A DNA stretch of 64,000 nt from Octopus bimaculoides (Eukaryota). Positions 63,813 through 64,000 of this stretch are shown in pieces. A model generated the notes under the pieces. It was not told where the DNA came from. It saw only the letters and a list, made by a program, of their open reading frames with translations, and did not search any database. A program made the translations under genes and the position numbers. How positions within the stretch are numbered: the first letter of the stretch is position 1; each line of letters opens with the position of its first letter. The stretch spans positions 54,042,889 to 54,106,888 of the forward strand of contig NC_068983.1 in NCBI RefSeq assembly GCF_001194135.2, in the 5' to 3' direction.

Positions 63813-63845
<33 letters not shown>
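63653..63845 (+). mobile_element. SINE family B 5' half ending in (TA)n
   Basis: gcaggagtgactatgtggtaagtagcttg...gaaactgaaagaagcctgtcg(ta)n. Confidence 0.85.
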
Positions 63846-63847
<2 letters not shown>

Positions 63848-63882
63848 AATTTAAGGATTGGAGAAAACGCATGTTATAATTG

Positions 63883-63981
63883 CATACTTTATTCCTACAT
63901 ATGTTTCAAAGGATTACAACCTGTGTGATCCATAGGGATCTTTGATATTAAAATTGTAACCTTCTCATCAGGGAAAGCATG
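63883..63981 (-). ncRNA. Type I hammerhead ribozyme, probably from a Penelope-like element terminal repeat
   Basis: Minus strand: CAUGCU-UUCC-CUGAUGA-GAAGGUUACAA..UUGUAAUCCUUU-GAAAC-AUAU-GUA-GGAA-UAA-AGUAUG; complete core, paired stems I and II, minimal palindromic stem III, AAUAAA just 3' of the predicted cut. Confidence 0.75.
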
Positions 63982-64000
63982 GGAATCATCTTAAACGTAA

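Overview
AT-rich, repeat-dense animal genomic DNA, most likely from an octopod cephalopod (inferred from the SINE families and microsatellite content, not confirmed by search), with four assembly gaps. I recognise no intact host protein-coding gene, tRNA, rRNA or CRISPR array. The window is a mosaic of at least five SINE-like families (my labels A-F), DNA-transposon MITEs (piggyBac-like TTAA, hAT with 8-bp TSDs, Tc2/pogo-like TA), a Helentron-type HINE, and decayed non-LTR retrotransposons (HERO/NeSL-like in two oppositely oriented pieces, R4/Dong-like, two RTE-like, one CR1/L2-like). The most notable items are: a structurally complete type I hammerhead ribozyme on the minus strand (63883-63981); a decayed hammerhead-like core inside a 267-bp palindrome; an array of palindromic TTC-N3-GAA (STAT-type) cores with variable spacers at 14.5-14.75 kb; an RTE copy with an inverted RT segment that ends in the SINE-C tail; a head-to-tail array of 8+1 SINEs; a (TAA)n-embedded non-coding element; and a CpG-retaining central domain (about 23.7-36.6 kb) with promoter-like motifs. 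Coordinates of degenerate repeats are approximate and were read by eye.
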